NCBI GenBank assembly: GCA_000004985.1
Contig: GG738846.1
Source: Naegleria gruberi
Taxonomy: Eukaryota
DNA length: 64,000 bases
Direction: 5' to 3' (one strand)
A program made the translations under genes and the position numbers. Positions 33,546 to 46,040 of the stretch are shown here, piece by piece (position 1 is the first letter of the stretch; every line of letters begins with the position of its first letter). Below the pieces are notes generated by a model. It was not told the DNA's origin and did no database searches. It saw only the letters and a list, made by a program, of their open reading frames with translations.

Positions 33546-33618
33546 CATGAATTTTCAATTCTACTATAAATTAAACAAGTTTTTCAATTAAATTTGATTT
33601 AAACCAAAACTCTTATTC

Positions 33619-35454
33619 TTAATATTTATTCAAATAGAATGAACAAGGAGATGAAGAATCAAACCATCCATCGCCATTTGCACACGTTCCATCGAAATGA
33701 TTGGCCTTAACTCTATAAAAGTTTGAGCTGTAATCATTGACAAAATCTTGAGCTGGAATTGTATTCTTACAACTGTAAAGTGGAACGACACCATCATTGT
33801 AATGAGTTGCTAAGAATGTTGAACCAACAATCTTCAATCCAATAGAAATACCTGACATTGGATGAACACCAAGCTTACTAACTCCACACATGTATCCCTT
33901 TACATACTGTTCAACAATTGGTTTAATTTGAGGCAACAAGTTACATTCAGTGGATAATGAATAGAGAGCTTCACTTGGTGTACCTGGTTTTTCACACAAA
34001 CCAAAATGAGTAACCAACTTGTCAATACCCAACTTGTGATTACAGAGAGCAGATCCAGCATTGGCAACAGAAGTTCCTTGAATAGGACCCATAATATTGT
34101 ACCATGATGTAGTTTCCTTATCGATTGAACAGTATCCATTCATGATTGCTCCAGCAAGCATCATATTTCCCATAGAGTGAGCGAAAATGATGGTATTCTT
34201 AATGACATTGTCCTTTGAATCACCCAAAATGATATTACAAACAGATTGTTGCAATTCAGTATTGATCCAACCTCTGTAATTTGTTTCTTCTCTCATGAAA
34301 ACTCTTTCAGAACATTGTGGAGTGTAATTGTCAATCTTACCCCAATATTCACCATCTCTGAAATGACTAGAGTGGAAAACTGGAGCTCCACTGAATTCCA
34401 TATTGGTACCATAACCATGAATAAAGACACATCTCTTCTTTGGAAGTTCAGCAACACTTCTTGCAGTGTTGTTTGTGTTCATGGTGGTGGATTGACTTTT
34501 ACATTTGGAACCTTGCAACCATGGTAAAATGCATGCATGTGAGTTGGATTGGAAAAAGTAGGCTCTTGTTGGATCTGCATTCATTTTCAAGGTGCTTCTC
34601 TTTTGTGGTTTTTCGTCTTCATCTAATTGCTCAATTAAGGCAGCATTGACTTTCTTTTTTGGGAATTTATGAGATTCATTTTGGAATTGTTCAATTGACT
34701 TTTGGAAATTAGAATTTGTGAATGTTTTAACAGTTACAATAAATTCTCTACCAACAATATGTTTGAGTGAAGAAATTTCTCTTCCATTCTTTACCAAACA
34801 AAGTAAAAAGTATTGTTCATGGAAATAGGTTACAACAATGTCAGAATCTTTACAAATTCCATCCATGACATTATCATAAATTTGATACTGATTACCACCC
34901 ACCACTTGTTGATTATAAAAGTAGGCATTATTCTCATAAGCTTGATTCAACATTTGATGGAATGGAATTTTGAAATTGGCAAATTGTTTCAATCTTTCAA
35001 CTTTTTCATCAGTGACAGGTTTACAATTTCTACCACATGCAGATTGTTCTTCACTATTGTAATGTTCCATTTGAGAATCGAAATAGTGAGTCAAATTGGC
35101 AGTAGAATGCACTTGACTTGTTTTGGAATAGATGTGATATGGAGAACGTTTATCACCTTCATTTCTTCTAATAAAGCCATGAATGGTAATATCCATCATT
35201 GAATCAACTCTTGATCGAACATGCAATTTGAAATTGGAAATGTTTGGAATGTTAAGCCAATTACCACTCAACTTGACAAATTCACCACCAACACCAACAG
35301 TTGCTGCTGCTGCTTGTTTGTTCTCTCCCACTTTGGAATGCAATGTTAAACTCTCAACTACATGTTGCATATTTACAATAAGAACATTAAGAACAAACAA
35401 TAGTGCTACTGCGAGGAACAGTGCGCCATTCATCTTGTTCTTCTTCTGAAGCAT
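33619..35454 (-). CDS. Secreted alpha/beta-hydrolase (lipase/esterase-like) with signal peptide
   Basis: 611-aa ORF. The signal peptide is MNGALFLAVALLFVLNVLIV. The nucleophile elbow ...IIFAHSMGNMMLAGAI... is an SxG pentapeptide in an alpha/beta-hydrolase context. It is Cys-rich with NxT sites. Confidence 0.55.
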   Translation of the reverse strand: MLQKKNKMNGALFLAVALLFVLNVLIVNMQHVVESLTLHSKVGENKQAAAATVGVGGEFVKLSGNWLNIPNISNFKLHVRSRVDSMMDITIHGFIRRNEGDKRSPYHIYSKTSQVHSTANLTHYFDSQMEHYNSEEQSACGRNCKPVTDEKVERLKQFANFKIPFHQMLNQAYENNAYFYNQQVVGGNQYQIYDNVMDGICKDSDIVVTYFHEQYFLLCLVKNGREISSLKHIVGREFIVTVKTFTNSNFQKSIEQFQNESHKFPKKKVNAALIEQLDEDEKPQKRSTLKMNADPTRAYFFQSNSHACILPWLQGSKCKSQSTTMNTNNTARSVAELPKKRCVFIHGYGTNMEFSGAPVFHSSHFRDGEYWGKIDNYTPQCSERVFMREETNYRGWINTELQQSVCNIILGDSKDNVIKNTIIFAHSMGNMMLAGAIMNGYCSIDKETTSWYNIMGPIQGTSVANAGSALCNHKLGIDKLVTHFGLCEKPGTPSEALYSLSTECNLLPQIKPIVEQYVKGYMCGVSKLGVHPMSGISIGLKIVGSTFLATHYNDGVVPLYSCKNTIPAQDFVNDYSSNFYRVKANHFDGTCANGDGWFDSSSPCSFYLNKY

Positions 35455-35879
35455 TATGATTGTGTGTGAATTCGTTTTTTTTGTCTCGATATATTCCCAC
35501 TAGTTCCTTTAATATATTGCTCAAATAAGGATCCTGCTGTGCAAATCGGGGACGTAACGTTGTGAGAGTCTCACTTTGTGAAACCTCATCATCAATATCA
35601 AGCATTCATTGTTATCCTCACAGGCTTGTGTGAAACAAACGGCAACGGTTCAAAATTCTGAGGACGAAAGGACAAACCTGAAATCCCTTCCTTAGTATGA
35701 GGAGTCTTATTAAGGTCTTGTGTGAAGATTTTTTGGAAAGCTCAGAATTTTCCGTAAATTTTGAAAGGTGTATTTGAATGAATTTAAGAGCGTAGATATA
35801 ATGTTAATTACAAAAATTTATAATGTTAATTACTATTATATAGTTTAATAGTTTACAAATTATTAAATATTATTACCTA

Positions 35880-38021
35880 TTAAACAAGTCTTGTTTTTTC
35901 AGTTGTGTTCTTTTCAATAGTAGTGGAGTTGGCGCTGGCAGATGGAGAATTTTCTGATGAAATTTCATCAAATCGTACATAACGATTGACAACTCCTGCA
36001 GCAATAGTATCTCCATAAATATTAACAGTAGTTCTGGCACGATCCAAAAACCAATCTACCGATAAAATTAATCCAACAGATTCTAAGATCAAGCTTAATA
36101 TTGTAAACACATTGAAAAAACAAACCTTTTGGTAATCCAACAGATTCAATCACGAGAATGAGAGTGACAAGTCCAGCTTCAGGAATACCAGCAGCACCAA
36201 TCGAGGCCAAAGTGGCTGTGATTGCAACAATGATCATTTGTCCAATACTCAATTCAATACCAAGGGCCTGAGCAATAAAAATACAAGCAACGGCCTCATA
36301 AGATGCTGTACCGTCCATGTTTACACTTTTCAAAGGGTTTTGTAAATAATCCCTGACTAAATACTTACGTGCTTCCAAGTGGCAACACAAATGATGCCAC
36401 CTCCCTTTGAATGTTTCCTCTCTCTTCACAACATTTCATTGTTAAAGGAAGAGTTGCACTGGAACTAGCTGTGCCCATCTATTATTATTCATTGTGATAT
36501 TACAGTTAGAGATATATATTTAGGATATTGAAAGCTCAAAACTTACACCAGTTAAAAGGGCTGGAAAAACTGCCAATAAATGTTTCAAAATATTCCTTCT
36601 CACCAAAATCGTGTACAAGAAAGTAAGCGTAACAAACGAGTGGAATGCCAATCCAGAGAATACAGTAGCAATATAGAGAGCTAATTGAGACATGGCCTGT
36701 AACAAATCCTTCTCCTTCACACATCTCCAAATAATTAAAAACATAATACCAATAGGAGCATAACAAATGATAATGCTCACCATTTTCAAAATTATAACAT
36801 TGAGTGAGTTGAAAATCTTGATTATTGGTTTTGCTGGCTCACCAACTGCTAACATAACTAGAGCAAAGAAAATGGAGAACACAATCAATCCTAAAACATT
36901 GACACTTCCACCAACAGTATTGGATGCTGCATCAATAAGATTATTTGGAACAAAGCTTTCAATAATTGAAATAATTTGATGATAAGAACTCTTATCTCCA
37001 CCAGTTGAATTATTAGTTCCATTGATACTAGTATCCATAAGCATATTGGTTGCGAAAACACCCATCACACCTCCAATTGGATACATTTCACCTTGTAAAT
37101 TGATACTTGGTTGATTATTAAAGTAGAGAGTTGATTGAGTTGTTTCATTATTTTGATTAATATTAATCTTTCCAGGTTGAATCAAATTGACCATCACCAA
37201 TCCTGTAACAACTGCAATAAACGTTGTCATTAAATAAAAACTCAAAGTTAAACAGGCCATCTTCATCAGTGCAGAGTGTTTCTTCTTTTGTACTTGAGCA
37301 TAATTATCATTCATAGTTCCATTATTATTATTATTAGTACTACCACTAACAATTGGTTCAGTATTAGAATCTTGAGAATTATCAATGGATTGTCTTGAAT
37401 TGGCTGGTGGTGTATCATTTTCCTTAATGGTATCGACAATGGATGTAATAGATGTGACCATACTGGACACAATCAATGGAACAATCAAACAATTCAAAGC
37501 TCTCAAAAACAATTCACCAGGTAATTTCAAAAAATCAATTGTCATTTGTGAAATTTCAATGGTAGGATTCGAGCCATGAGCCGAAACATTCAAACTAATT
37601 CCAATAATCAATCCCAACACAACACCAATCAATGTCAATATCAACATTAAATTATGTATTATCCAATTCCACAACATTCTCAAAAACCTAACAAATTTCG
37701 ACTTGTCTTGAACCTCTAATTGTCCATCCAAACCCAATTCTTCTCCATCATCATTACTTCCATTATTATTATCGTATGACCATCATTTTCCACTGCTATT
37801 GGATCAACAGTCGGGTGAGCATTCAACATGGAAAAGGATGTCAATTCCTGAGCAGTTTCATCATCCTCCATTACATCATGTTGATGTGTTCTTCTTCTCC
37901 TATTATTATTATGATTGTCCATCATCATCGTGGTATTATTATTATGTGAGGCTGATCCACCACCAATACCGGAAAGATGATCCTCTCCATCCTGACTCTC
38001 CAGAGCACCATACATTGTCAT
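35880..38021 (-). CDS. SLC1-family (EAAT-type dicarboxylate/amino-acid:cation symporter) transporter, multi-exon; the 5' end is unresolved
   Basis: 3' exons are 36547-(at least)37737, 36478-36369, 36325-36126 and 36082-35880. Introns are 36479-36546 (GTAAGT...ATAG), 36326-36368 (GTAAGT...AAAG) and 36083-36125 (GTTTGT...CTTAG). The spliced protein ...[55 protein letters not shown]...[55 protein letters not shown] is collinear with human EAAT (...ATLPITFKCLEEN...VLPVGATINMDGTALYEA...[42 protein letters not shown]). An upstream ATG ORF (38021-37716) lies in another frame; the 5' end is unresolved (short cryptic intron, indel in an AAT run, or upstream exon). Confidence 0.7.
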
Positions 38022-38494
38022 TGCTTTTTGTTGGGAACCACAAAGATGATGAATTTTGCTTTTTTGCTTTTTTGCTAAAGTGGTGTTTTTGAGATTCTTT
38101 TTTCAGATTTTAATTGTAAACTAGAGATTTTTAATTTATTTTGGATGACAATCTTAGTAGTAATGTAAAACAATGTTTAATTGAGGTAGATAATAAGATA
38201 ATAATATATTGAATATTAACAATTGGAGAGAAATGTTTGAAGATTAGCGGAATTGTGAAAATTGAAAATTGAAACTGAATCAAATTGGTAATTGCACATC
38301 TAGTACAAACAGTTGATATCAAGATTTAAAAAAATGACTGAACTTTATGAACATGTGAAGAGGGAATTGTTACAAATCAAACATTGGCCGATGATTCGCC
38401 ACTTTCTTCATGTAATTTAAAATTTGTTAACATTTCCAATACACAAGAATATTTCAAAGCACATTCATTGTTTATAAGTATTCGATCGGAATAT

Positions 38495-39439
38495 ATGAGA
38501 AAGTTTCTGAAAAGATTCAGATTGGATGAAAAATTGAATGAAATTGTATTGGATGAGGATTTATTTCAATCAATTTGTGCATATATTGAAACTTTGTATA
38601 GTTTTGAAAAATGGAAAGAGTTGGAAGATGATTTCGAGCTGTTGGAGAGAGTGAAACAATTGGTGGGCGAAGATTTGATTCAAGAAACCATGAATCAATA
38701 CCAGTATGATCAGGATTGTGCCTCAATATTTGAAAGTGTTCAGAAACTCAATTCTATTACTAGCAAAAGACAGAGTTTTTTTACAAGACCTCCTGTAAAT
38801 GAGTCATTTGCTAAGAATTCGTGGGATCTTACCGTAATTGTACAAGATCCAACGAATGGAGAGGAGAAAACATTTTTTCTGCACAAGTTATTTATGAAAA
38901 GATGTCCATATTTCTCTACAGTACTCAGTTCTGGAATGATTGAAAGCCAAACCAATGAGTTGACTTTTAATTCGATATCTATTGCGGCTTTTGAGAAGGT
39001 GTTGGAATATTGCTATACTAATGCATTTATTCCAACTCTGGAAACTTGCATTGAAATTTATGTATTTTCTGGCTTTATTGAACTCTCTGCATTGAGAGAA
39101 TTGGCCTTCAAATATGTCAAAACAAAGATTGGAATTAGAGGAAATGAGCAATTGGCAACTGAATTATTAATGATACCAGATTTTAGAGATGATCCAAATG
39201 TGAAATTGGCATGCTTAAATGCAATTAAAAAAAATGTGAAAAAAATGGTCTTCCCTGAGAATGCATTATTGGTTTCCCTCAATTTACTTCCAACAGATTT
39301 CAAAGATCAAATTTTAATGCATAGATTGGGCTCTCTTTTAGCCGATCAATACGATCTTATTAAGGATAAATATCATGATATTCCTTTACAAGTTAGAGAG
39401 ACTATTCAACAACAAATGAAACTCAAGTTAAGAAAATAA
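38495..39439 (+). CDS. BTB/POZ-domain protein
   Basis: The track ORF starts at TTG 38384; the first in-frame ATG is 38495 (MRKFLKRF...). BTB core: ...DLTVIVQDPTNGEEKTFFLHKLFMKRCPYFSTVLSSGMIESQTNELTFNSISIAAFEKVLEYCYTNAFIP... A 5' exon is possible. Confidence 0.55.
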   Translation: MRKFLKRFRLDEKLNEIVLDEDLFQSICAYIETLYSFEKWKELEDDFELLERVKQLVGEDLIQETMNQYQYDQDCASIFESVQKLNSITSKRQSFFTRPPVNESFAKNSWDLTVIVQDPTNGEEKTFFLHKLFMKRCPYFSTVLSSGMIESQTNELTFNSISIAAFEKVLEYCYTNAFIPTLETCIEIYVFSGFIELSALRELAFKYVKTKIGIRGNEQLATELLMIPDFRDDPNVKLACLNAIKKNVKKMVFPENALLVSLNLLPTDFKDQILMHRLGSLLADQYDLIKDKYHDIPLQVRETIQQQMKLKLRK

Positions 39440-39447
39440 AATATCAT

Positions 39448-41703
39448 TTAAACTTTCAAACTTTCAGTCAATTTCTTTCTAAATGATTCAACATCAAGCA
39501 TGTCTCGTGTAATTTCTGCTTTTTGTTCTGCTGAAAGTTTTGTACTCTCGGCTATAAAATCCAACAATTGCTGATATAGAGAGACTAATTGTTCGATGAT
39601 TGGTTCTAATAACTTGGTGGTTGTCTTGTCTTCATTCAGATAGAGCTTCATTAGTTCCTTAATATAGGTTAGTTTGGTGGTCATTTCCTCATTCATTTCG
39701 CTCTTGATATTGGAAATTTCTTTCATTATTTCACTAGTTTCTTGTGAGTCCTTATTGATGTTATTCTTCTTGATAAAGTTCATACAAGAATCAGCAACAT
39801 GCTTTACAGTGTTGAGGATGAAATTCTCACAAGCGAGCTTGAGTTGCTTTTCAAGATCTCTCTTCGAATCAGTGCTATTAACAACCAACCTTGGTCTTGT
39901 TTGACTGAGTAAATCAAAAATAAGACTGGTGACACTGAAACTTGCTTGTCCCTTCAAAAATCTTGAAATGCCCTCATACAAATGGGAAAAATCGAGTGTA
40001 GTCTGTGTTTTGGTAAAACTAACATTAAAGTAGCTCAATTCTTGTAAAAGAGTTAAAAAGTGGCTAATTAAAAATAGGGACCCATTCAATGCATCTGTCT
40101 TGTCAGAAATCTTCTTACTGGCATCAATGAATGACATGGAGCAAATAGTGACAGCCTCCTGTGCCATTCCCTCAAAAACTACCACATCCAATGCACTAAA
40201 AAGTTTACTCAACAATGCAACAGTCCACCCAAGAGTTGGATAGTGAATGTCTAGTTGTTTCCTTGCAGTTTCTGAGGAGGAAGGATCATTCTGTGCTTTG
40301 AGCTTGTTTGGATAATCAATATCTTCTGGATGTGGAACATATCTCGCAATTTCATTCGTAATAAATAATGAAGTTCTATAGATTAATCTCTCTTGAATGT
40401 CTTGAATCATAGCGTGTACCATATGTTCAATGGCTTGACTAGGTTTTCCCTTGTTTTGCACACGCTCGACAAGAATGTCACTTCTCAAAATATCAATTAA
40501 AGAACACAAAGTATCTATTCTATTCTCTTCAATGATCAACTCTCTTACTCTTTCATAAAGAATATTGGTAACACCCTTCATAAAGTGAGAAAATTTGTTT
40601 CCAATCTGACGATTATCTTTAGAAAGTGAAAATAATTGTTGGAAGAGTTGGGTTTCTTGGGAGCATATTTGAATCATGTATTCACATGATGATCTGATAA
40701 ATTTAGTCTTGAAAGTCTTTTCATTCTCACTTTGCTTGGCTTGATTGAGTAGGAGAGTAATTCTTCTTTCTATTGAAAGACCCAACAATACTCCTCTCTG
40801 TTGAATGAAAATATCAAACAGATCCGTGATAAAAACTGAAGACTCTCTTCTTCCTCCTCGTTTCTCTAACTCTCTAATAAGAGCTTTCAGTGGATCAACA
40901 GCAACCTTAAAGTCAATGTACAAGTGGGTCATCTCCTGAATGGAATCATCAATAGAGTTGAGAGATTTTAATTTTACAAATTGTGCGTCTGTGGTTGCCT
41001 TTATCTTTGATCCGATCGTGTCTCTCAAGTGAGCCAGCGATTTGGAGAGAAGATATTTGTGCTTGGTGAGGAAGGTCTTGGCTTCCTTGTATTCCAAATT
41101 AGCTGAAAGGAAATTAATAGAATCATCCAATTTTCCAATAGTTTTGATAAATGTTTCACCATTAACATCTAAAAATCCACTGGATGTTAATTGTTGATTC
41201 AAGAAATCCATATCATCAAAGTGTAACAATCTATTTTCCAATTCCTTGCTAAACTTTTCCAATTGTTCCGTTTCCTTGACAAGTGTTTCACAATCGTGAT
41301 GTAATCGACTGGTTTTTTGTGAGACTAATTGATATTGTTCTTGTAAATCATCGGAGAGTGCCAAAGTATTATTACTGGCCACAATCAACGAATGACTCAA
41401 CTCTTGATAGTGTCTCAATTTTGTTAAATAATCTTCATAGGGTTTATCCACTTGTTGATCAAAGTCATGTTGATAGAGAAAATCACCAGAATTCCAAACA
41501 GAAAAATCGACAAGACTACTTTGCTGATCATCTGCTGCTGATGATGAAGAAGATGGTGGCTTATCCATTGTTGAATAATCGTGATTAAATTCCTGATGAA
41601 TTTCTTCTAACAATAATTCCTCCTCTCTCGATAGGAGTGTATTCTTCTCCCATTCCGATATGATAACACTCATAGGTTTGGTGCTTGATGTGGTGGTGGA
41701 CAT
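39448..41703 (-). CDS. COG3: Conserved oligomeric Golgi complex subunit 3 (COG3/Sec34)
   Basis: 751-aa ORF. It is collinear with human COG3 recalled from memory. ...QQRGVLLGLSIERR... matches DQRELLLGPSIA. ...IQDIQERLIYRTSLFITNEIARYVPHPEDIDYPNKL matches [36 protein letters not shown]. ...TLGWTVALLSKLFSALDVVVFEGMAQEAVTICSMSFIDASKKISDKTDALNGSLFLISHFLTLLQ matches [69 protein letters not shown]. Confidence 0.7.
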   Translation of the reverse strand: MSTTTSSTKPMSVIISEWEKNTLLSREEELLLEEIHQEFNHDYSTMDKPPSSSSSAADDQQSSLVDFSVWNSGDFLYQHDFDQQVDKPYEDYLTKLRHYQELSHSLIVASNNTLALSDDLQEQYQLVSQKTSRLHHDCETLVKETEQLEKFSKELENRLLHFDDMDFLNQQLTSSGFLDVNGETFIKTIGKLDDSINFLSANLEYKEAKTFLTKHKYLLSKSLAHLRDTIGSKIKATTDAQFVKLKSLNSIDDSIQEMTHLYIDFKVAVDPLKALIRELEKRGGRRESSVFITDLFDIFIQQRGVLLGLSIERRITLLLNQAKQSENEKTFKTKFIRSSCEYMIQICSQETQLFQQLFSLSKDNRQIGNKFSHFMKGVTNILYERVRELIIEENRIDTLCSLIDILRSDILVERVQNKGKPSQAIEHMVHAMIQDIQERLIYRTSLFITNEIARYVPHPEDIDYPNKLKAQNDPSSSETARKQLDIHYPTLGWTVALLSKLFSALDVVVFEGMAQEAVTICSMSFIDASKKISDKTDALNGSLFLISHFLTLLQELSYFNVSFTKTQTTLDFSHLYEGISRFLKGQASFSVTSLIFDLLSQTRPRLVVNSTDSKRDLEKQLKLACENFILNTVKHVADSCMNFIKKNNINKDSQETSEIMKEISNIKSEMNEEMTTKLTYIKELMKLYLNEDKTTTKLLEPIIEQLVSLYQQLLDFIAESTKLSAEQKAEITRDMLDVESFRKKLTESLKV

Positions 41704-42223
41704 TTTTTTGTAATCAATAAAAATAATTATTTAATATAACAATAAATTAAATATTGAATATTATTAAACAATCAAACTACAAATATGGTGGATAAAAAAC
41801 CTTAAATATGAATTGTTTCCTCTCTACTGTAAAAAACAGTAAAAAAGCCTGAGTAAGTAATCGTTGAAAAGACCACATAATATGAAGTGTCCTCAAGCCA
41901 CCTTATGCATTACACATCTTACATTGTTCAACAATGTTATTTATACAAAGTATCACTTTACATTGTTGCATTACCATTCCTCGAACCTCTTCTTTTTTGT
42001 TCATAGGAGTCATGAAGTGGTGACCCATTCATGGATTCATTACCTTATACCTCCTTTTTCAAGTGTGATCGTATTGAGGTGAGCATTACTGTTGATTCAA
42101 AGTCGAATGGATTGGTTCGTTCGTTCCAATGGTTTGGAGAGTTTGAGCGCTTTGCCAAGGCCTGGATGGAATATTTTCAAACTCAACACACTTTAGGAGA
42201 CGGTCTCCAAACACACTTAAAAA

Positions 42224-45200
42224 ATGTTTCTCACCAAGCTAAGGAGGGGTGGAAGTAAGGATGAAGCAACATCGCCCTTAGGATCATCTTCACCTTCCTC
42301 TGCTGCTACCTCTTCTAGTAACAATGTTGGTGTAGTGTCCTTTCTGAATAGAACGTTGGGGAGATCAACTAGTAATAAGGACATTGGCGTGGTTGGTAGT
42401 ACTAGCCCAGTTGAAAATTCCTCACCATTAACACTTCAAAGGAGAAAGCCAACAGGTTCTCCTAATGGAGGAGGTGTATCGAGTGCTACTTTTACCTCAA
42501 CACCCAAAAGAACAAATTCTACCAATGATAGAACCTATTCAATGGACGATTCAATAACAACCACTCACGAATTGGTTGAAGATGGTGAGGATAAGAGAAA
42601 GATTCTTGATGAAGAGGAAAAGGAAAGGCTTAAAATTCAACAAGCCCAACAAATGTTTAATTCTCTGATGCAACAATCCGTATACAAACAAATCATGGAA
42701 GAAGATAGATATGTAAGTGTTTTCAACTGTTATTTAAACAAACTGAATATTAAAAAATGTAAAGACGAGCGATCAACGAGCCCTTCACTTGTCGGATTCA
42801 CAAATTCAAGAGGAAATTGATTTGTTAATTGGAAAAGATTGGGAATCAAAAAAAGGAAAACAAGAATGTGAATTGTTTAGAAAGAATATGAGCTTGTGAG
42901 TTTTGATATGCTTTTTTATTCAATAACAATGATCCTCAATTATTATTTTATAATAATCATGATGATGCTATGTAATTATAGAGCAAGATTATTTCGAGAA
43001 AAACAAACAACTCAATCAGTTCTACCTCCTATCTATGCAACATCAGATCCACCACCTTCAAAATTCAAAGGCTCATTCATGTGTAAAGTAAATTTACATT
43101 TCAAAGATGATTCCGATCCTACCTTGAAACGTATGGTAAAAACTGTACATTGCAATGGTGAAATGTCTGCAGATGATTTTGCTGAATTCTTTATTAACAA
43201 GTTAAATTCAGCCTATTTAACAAAACGAAGGAAGGAAGAGTGGTTTTTTAAAGCCACTGGAGCTGCCGAGTACATGTATGGAGATACTAGAATGATTGAT
43301 TTTGAGCACATTAGAAACTGTATAAACAAAGAAATACCTATAGAACTAACATTGATGGATAAAGAAACCATTGAGAAGGAATCAGATCCAATGGATGTCC
43401 ACCTTAAAAATATAGAGTATGACCTTACAAAGCAATCGAGTTTTGAATCTATTGATAGTGATGAGTTACATTTTTGTGGAGATAATTGGAATTCAATGAA
43501 GGGAATCAGTCTATGGGATTTGCATCACAGAAAGTTTAAGATAAAAATAATAGGAGCAGATAACGTTATTCCAAATATATTCCACAAGAACTCTTCCACA
43601 ATTTCTTTCAAGCCACAGGAGACCTCAACATATGTTATGATAGATTTATATCATGGAGGTTTATTATTGGCCAGAAATTTCACCAACTCAGTAGCATATT
43701 CTAGATATTTGAGATGGAATGAAAACATTGAATTTCCTCTCAGAATATCAGATTTACCTAGAGAAACCAAGATTTGTATTACTATTTTTGTAAAACCATA
43801 CAAGAAGGAAGAAACTCCTTCGAAAGGAAACAATTTCAAAAAGCACGTACCATTGGCCTATGTCAATTACAAGATCTTTGATTATAATGAAAAATTCTTG
43901 AATGGACTTAGATCTTTGAGAATGTGGCCAAATGAGGCTCACGAACCATCCAATGCCTGTGTTGAAAATGTTGGACTAGGAGCACTGGCTGACGATGACG
44001 CGCCTTGTGTTTTCACATACTATATAGAAGAATTTGTGAAACCTGTATATTTCCCAACTAATTGCATTCCTGGGGAATTATTTTTCAATTCCTATGTTGA
44101 ATATGAAAAGAGTCAAAGGGAAATATACAAGGCAATTCCAGAGGATCAATTGATGGAGTATTTAGAACAAGTTTTATCGGAGAGTCCCCTTAAACTTCCA
44201 ACAGATGAAGAAAAATGGAGATTGTGGGAAGCCAGAGAGATTTTGAAAAAAAATCCAAAAGCCCTACCAAAAGTAATGTTGAGTGTTCCTTGGCAATACC
44301 CATATGCTGTCTATCTGGCCCATTCAATAATACCTAAATGGAAAGAGCCAGAAACCTTGGATGCAATCGAGTTGCTTGATTTTAATTACAGTAGCGAACA
44401 TGTGAGAAGATATGCATTGAAATTGTTGGATAAGCTACCAGATAATACGTTTGCTGATTTTGTATTACAATTAGTACAAACTCTCAAGTATGAATTATAT
44501 CACGATTCTCCACTCTCTAGGTATTTGCTAAAGAGAGGCTTGAGAAGCACTCACATTATTGGACATATTTTATTTTGGCACTTGAAGGCAGAAATGCACG
44601 TGCCTTACATTAGAGAACGATATGGTATAATATTGGAAGAATATTTGAGAAATTGTGGAGGTCACAGAAGAGAGCTATTGAAACAAAGTGGTATTGTAGG
44701 TCAATTGTACTCAATTGCAATGAAAGTTAAGGAGGCCAAATCTGAAGACCATTTGAAGGTACTAAGAGAAGAGCTATCCAAGCTAAGACATCCTCCAAAA
44801 TTTACTCTTCCACTCAGTCCAAAGATGGAAGTCAAAGGTGTATTGGTTGATAAGTGTAAGGTTATGGATTCCAAAAAGTTACCGCTTTGGCTTGTTTTTG
44901 AAAATGCTGATGAAACAGCAGCTCCTGTATTTGTAATGTTCAAAGCTGGTGATGATATCAGACAAGATTTGCTTACACTTCAAATGCTCAAGATTATGGA
45001 CAAGTTGTGGAAACATGAAGGCCTCGATCTACACATGCAACCATATGGTTGTGTATGTTTGGGTGATATGATTGGTATGATTGAGATTGTTCTCAACAGT
45101 ACTACCATTGCAAAGATTACTGGTAAAGCTTTGCATGCCTTCTCTGATGAACCAATATACAATTGGCTAAAGTTGCACAACACAACAGATAATGAATGGA

Positions 45201-45712
45201 TTACAGCTGTGAATAACTTTGCCCTTTCAAGTGCAGGCTATTGTGTTGCAACGTATGTGCTTGGTATTGGTGATAGACACAATGATAATATCATGGTAAC
45301 AAAGAAAGGAGACTTATTCCACATTGATTTTGGTCACTTTTTGGGTAACTACAAGAGTTTCCTATTATATAAAAGAGAAACAGCACCATTCGTATTCACT
45401 ACAATGTATGCCTATGTGATGGGAGGTGAAGGAAGTACAAAGTATATTGAATTTTCAGAGAATTGTTGTGCGGCTTACAATATTATCAGACAGCACGGAA
45501 AGTTACTCATTAACTTGTTTTTACTAATGCTTGCAACAGGTATTCCAGAATTGAGATCTTCAAATGATGTAAAATGGATTGAAAATTGTTTAAAGTTGAA
45601 AGGAACAGACGAAGAAGGTTCTGCTCACTTTAGAGAACAATTAAAGAAGAGTCTCAGCAATACCAAGACAAATATCAACAATGCACTCCATATTATTGCC
45701 CACCAAAAGTAA
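42224..45712 (+). CDS. Class I phosphatidylinositol 3-kinase catalytic subunit (RBD, C2, helical, kinase domains) with a low-complexity N-terminal extension; three exons
   Basis: Exons are 42224-42712, 42765-42895 and 42982-45712. Intron 42713-42764 is GTAAGT...AAAG. Intron 42896-42981 is GTGAGT...TATAG and joins in phase 2 (TT+A). Total is 3351 nt, 1116 aa. RBD-like: ...FMCKVNLHFKDDSDPTLKRMVKTVHCNGEMSADDF... Kinase: ...GDDIRQDLLTLQMLKIMDKLW..., ...LGIGDRHNDNIMVTKKGDLFHIDFGHFLGN... Confidence 0.75.
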
Positions 45713-46040
45713 TGTAAATATTAATGTGGCATTCATTAGAATAATAAAATAATTTATTGTTATGATTGACATTACATTCATAAATTGAATTGCGCACATA
45801 CGAAGTAATCTTAAATTGAAATCCACTCGGACTAAACATAAAGTATTTTTAGCACCCATTCTTCTATTTATATTAAAAACAAGACTTCCCAACTGCCAAT
45901 TTTAGCAAGTCTATTAAAAGAATTCATATTCAGTTTCAACTCAATCTTGAAAATGAAAGCAAGTGAATGAATATAAAACTGATCCCTGCAATCCTTTGAA
46001 TTCAAAACAAAAACAAACAAGCAAACTCAACAACGCAAAC

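Noticed and set aside
38384-38494. N-terminal extension of the BTB ORF from TTG 38384, and an ATG at 38334 in another frame
   Set aside because: There is no in-frame ATG before 38495. The 38334 ATG is out of frame and terminates after about 30 codons. It was kept only as a possible 5'-exon caveat.
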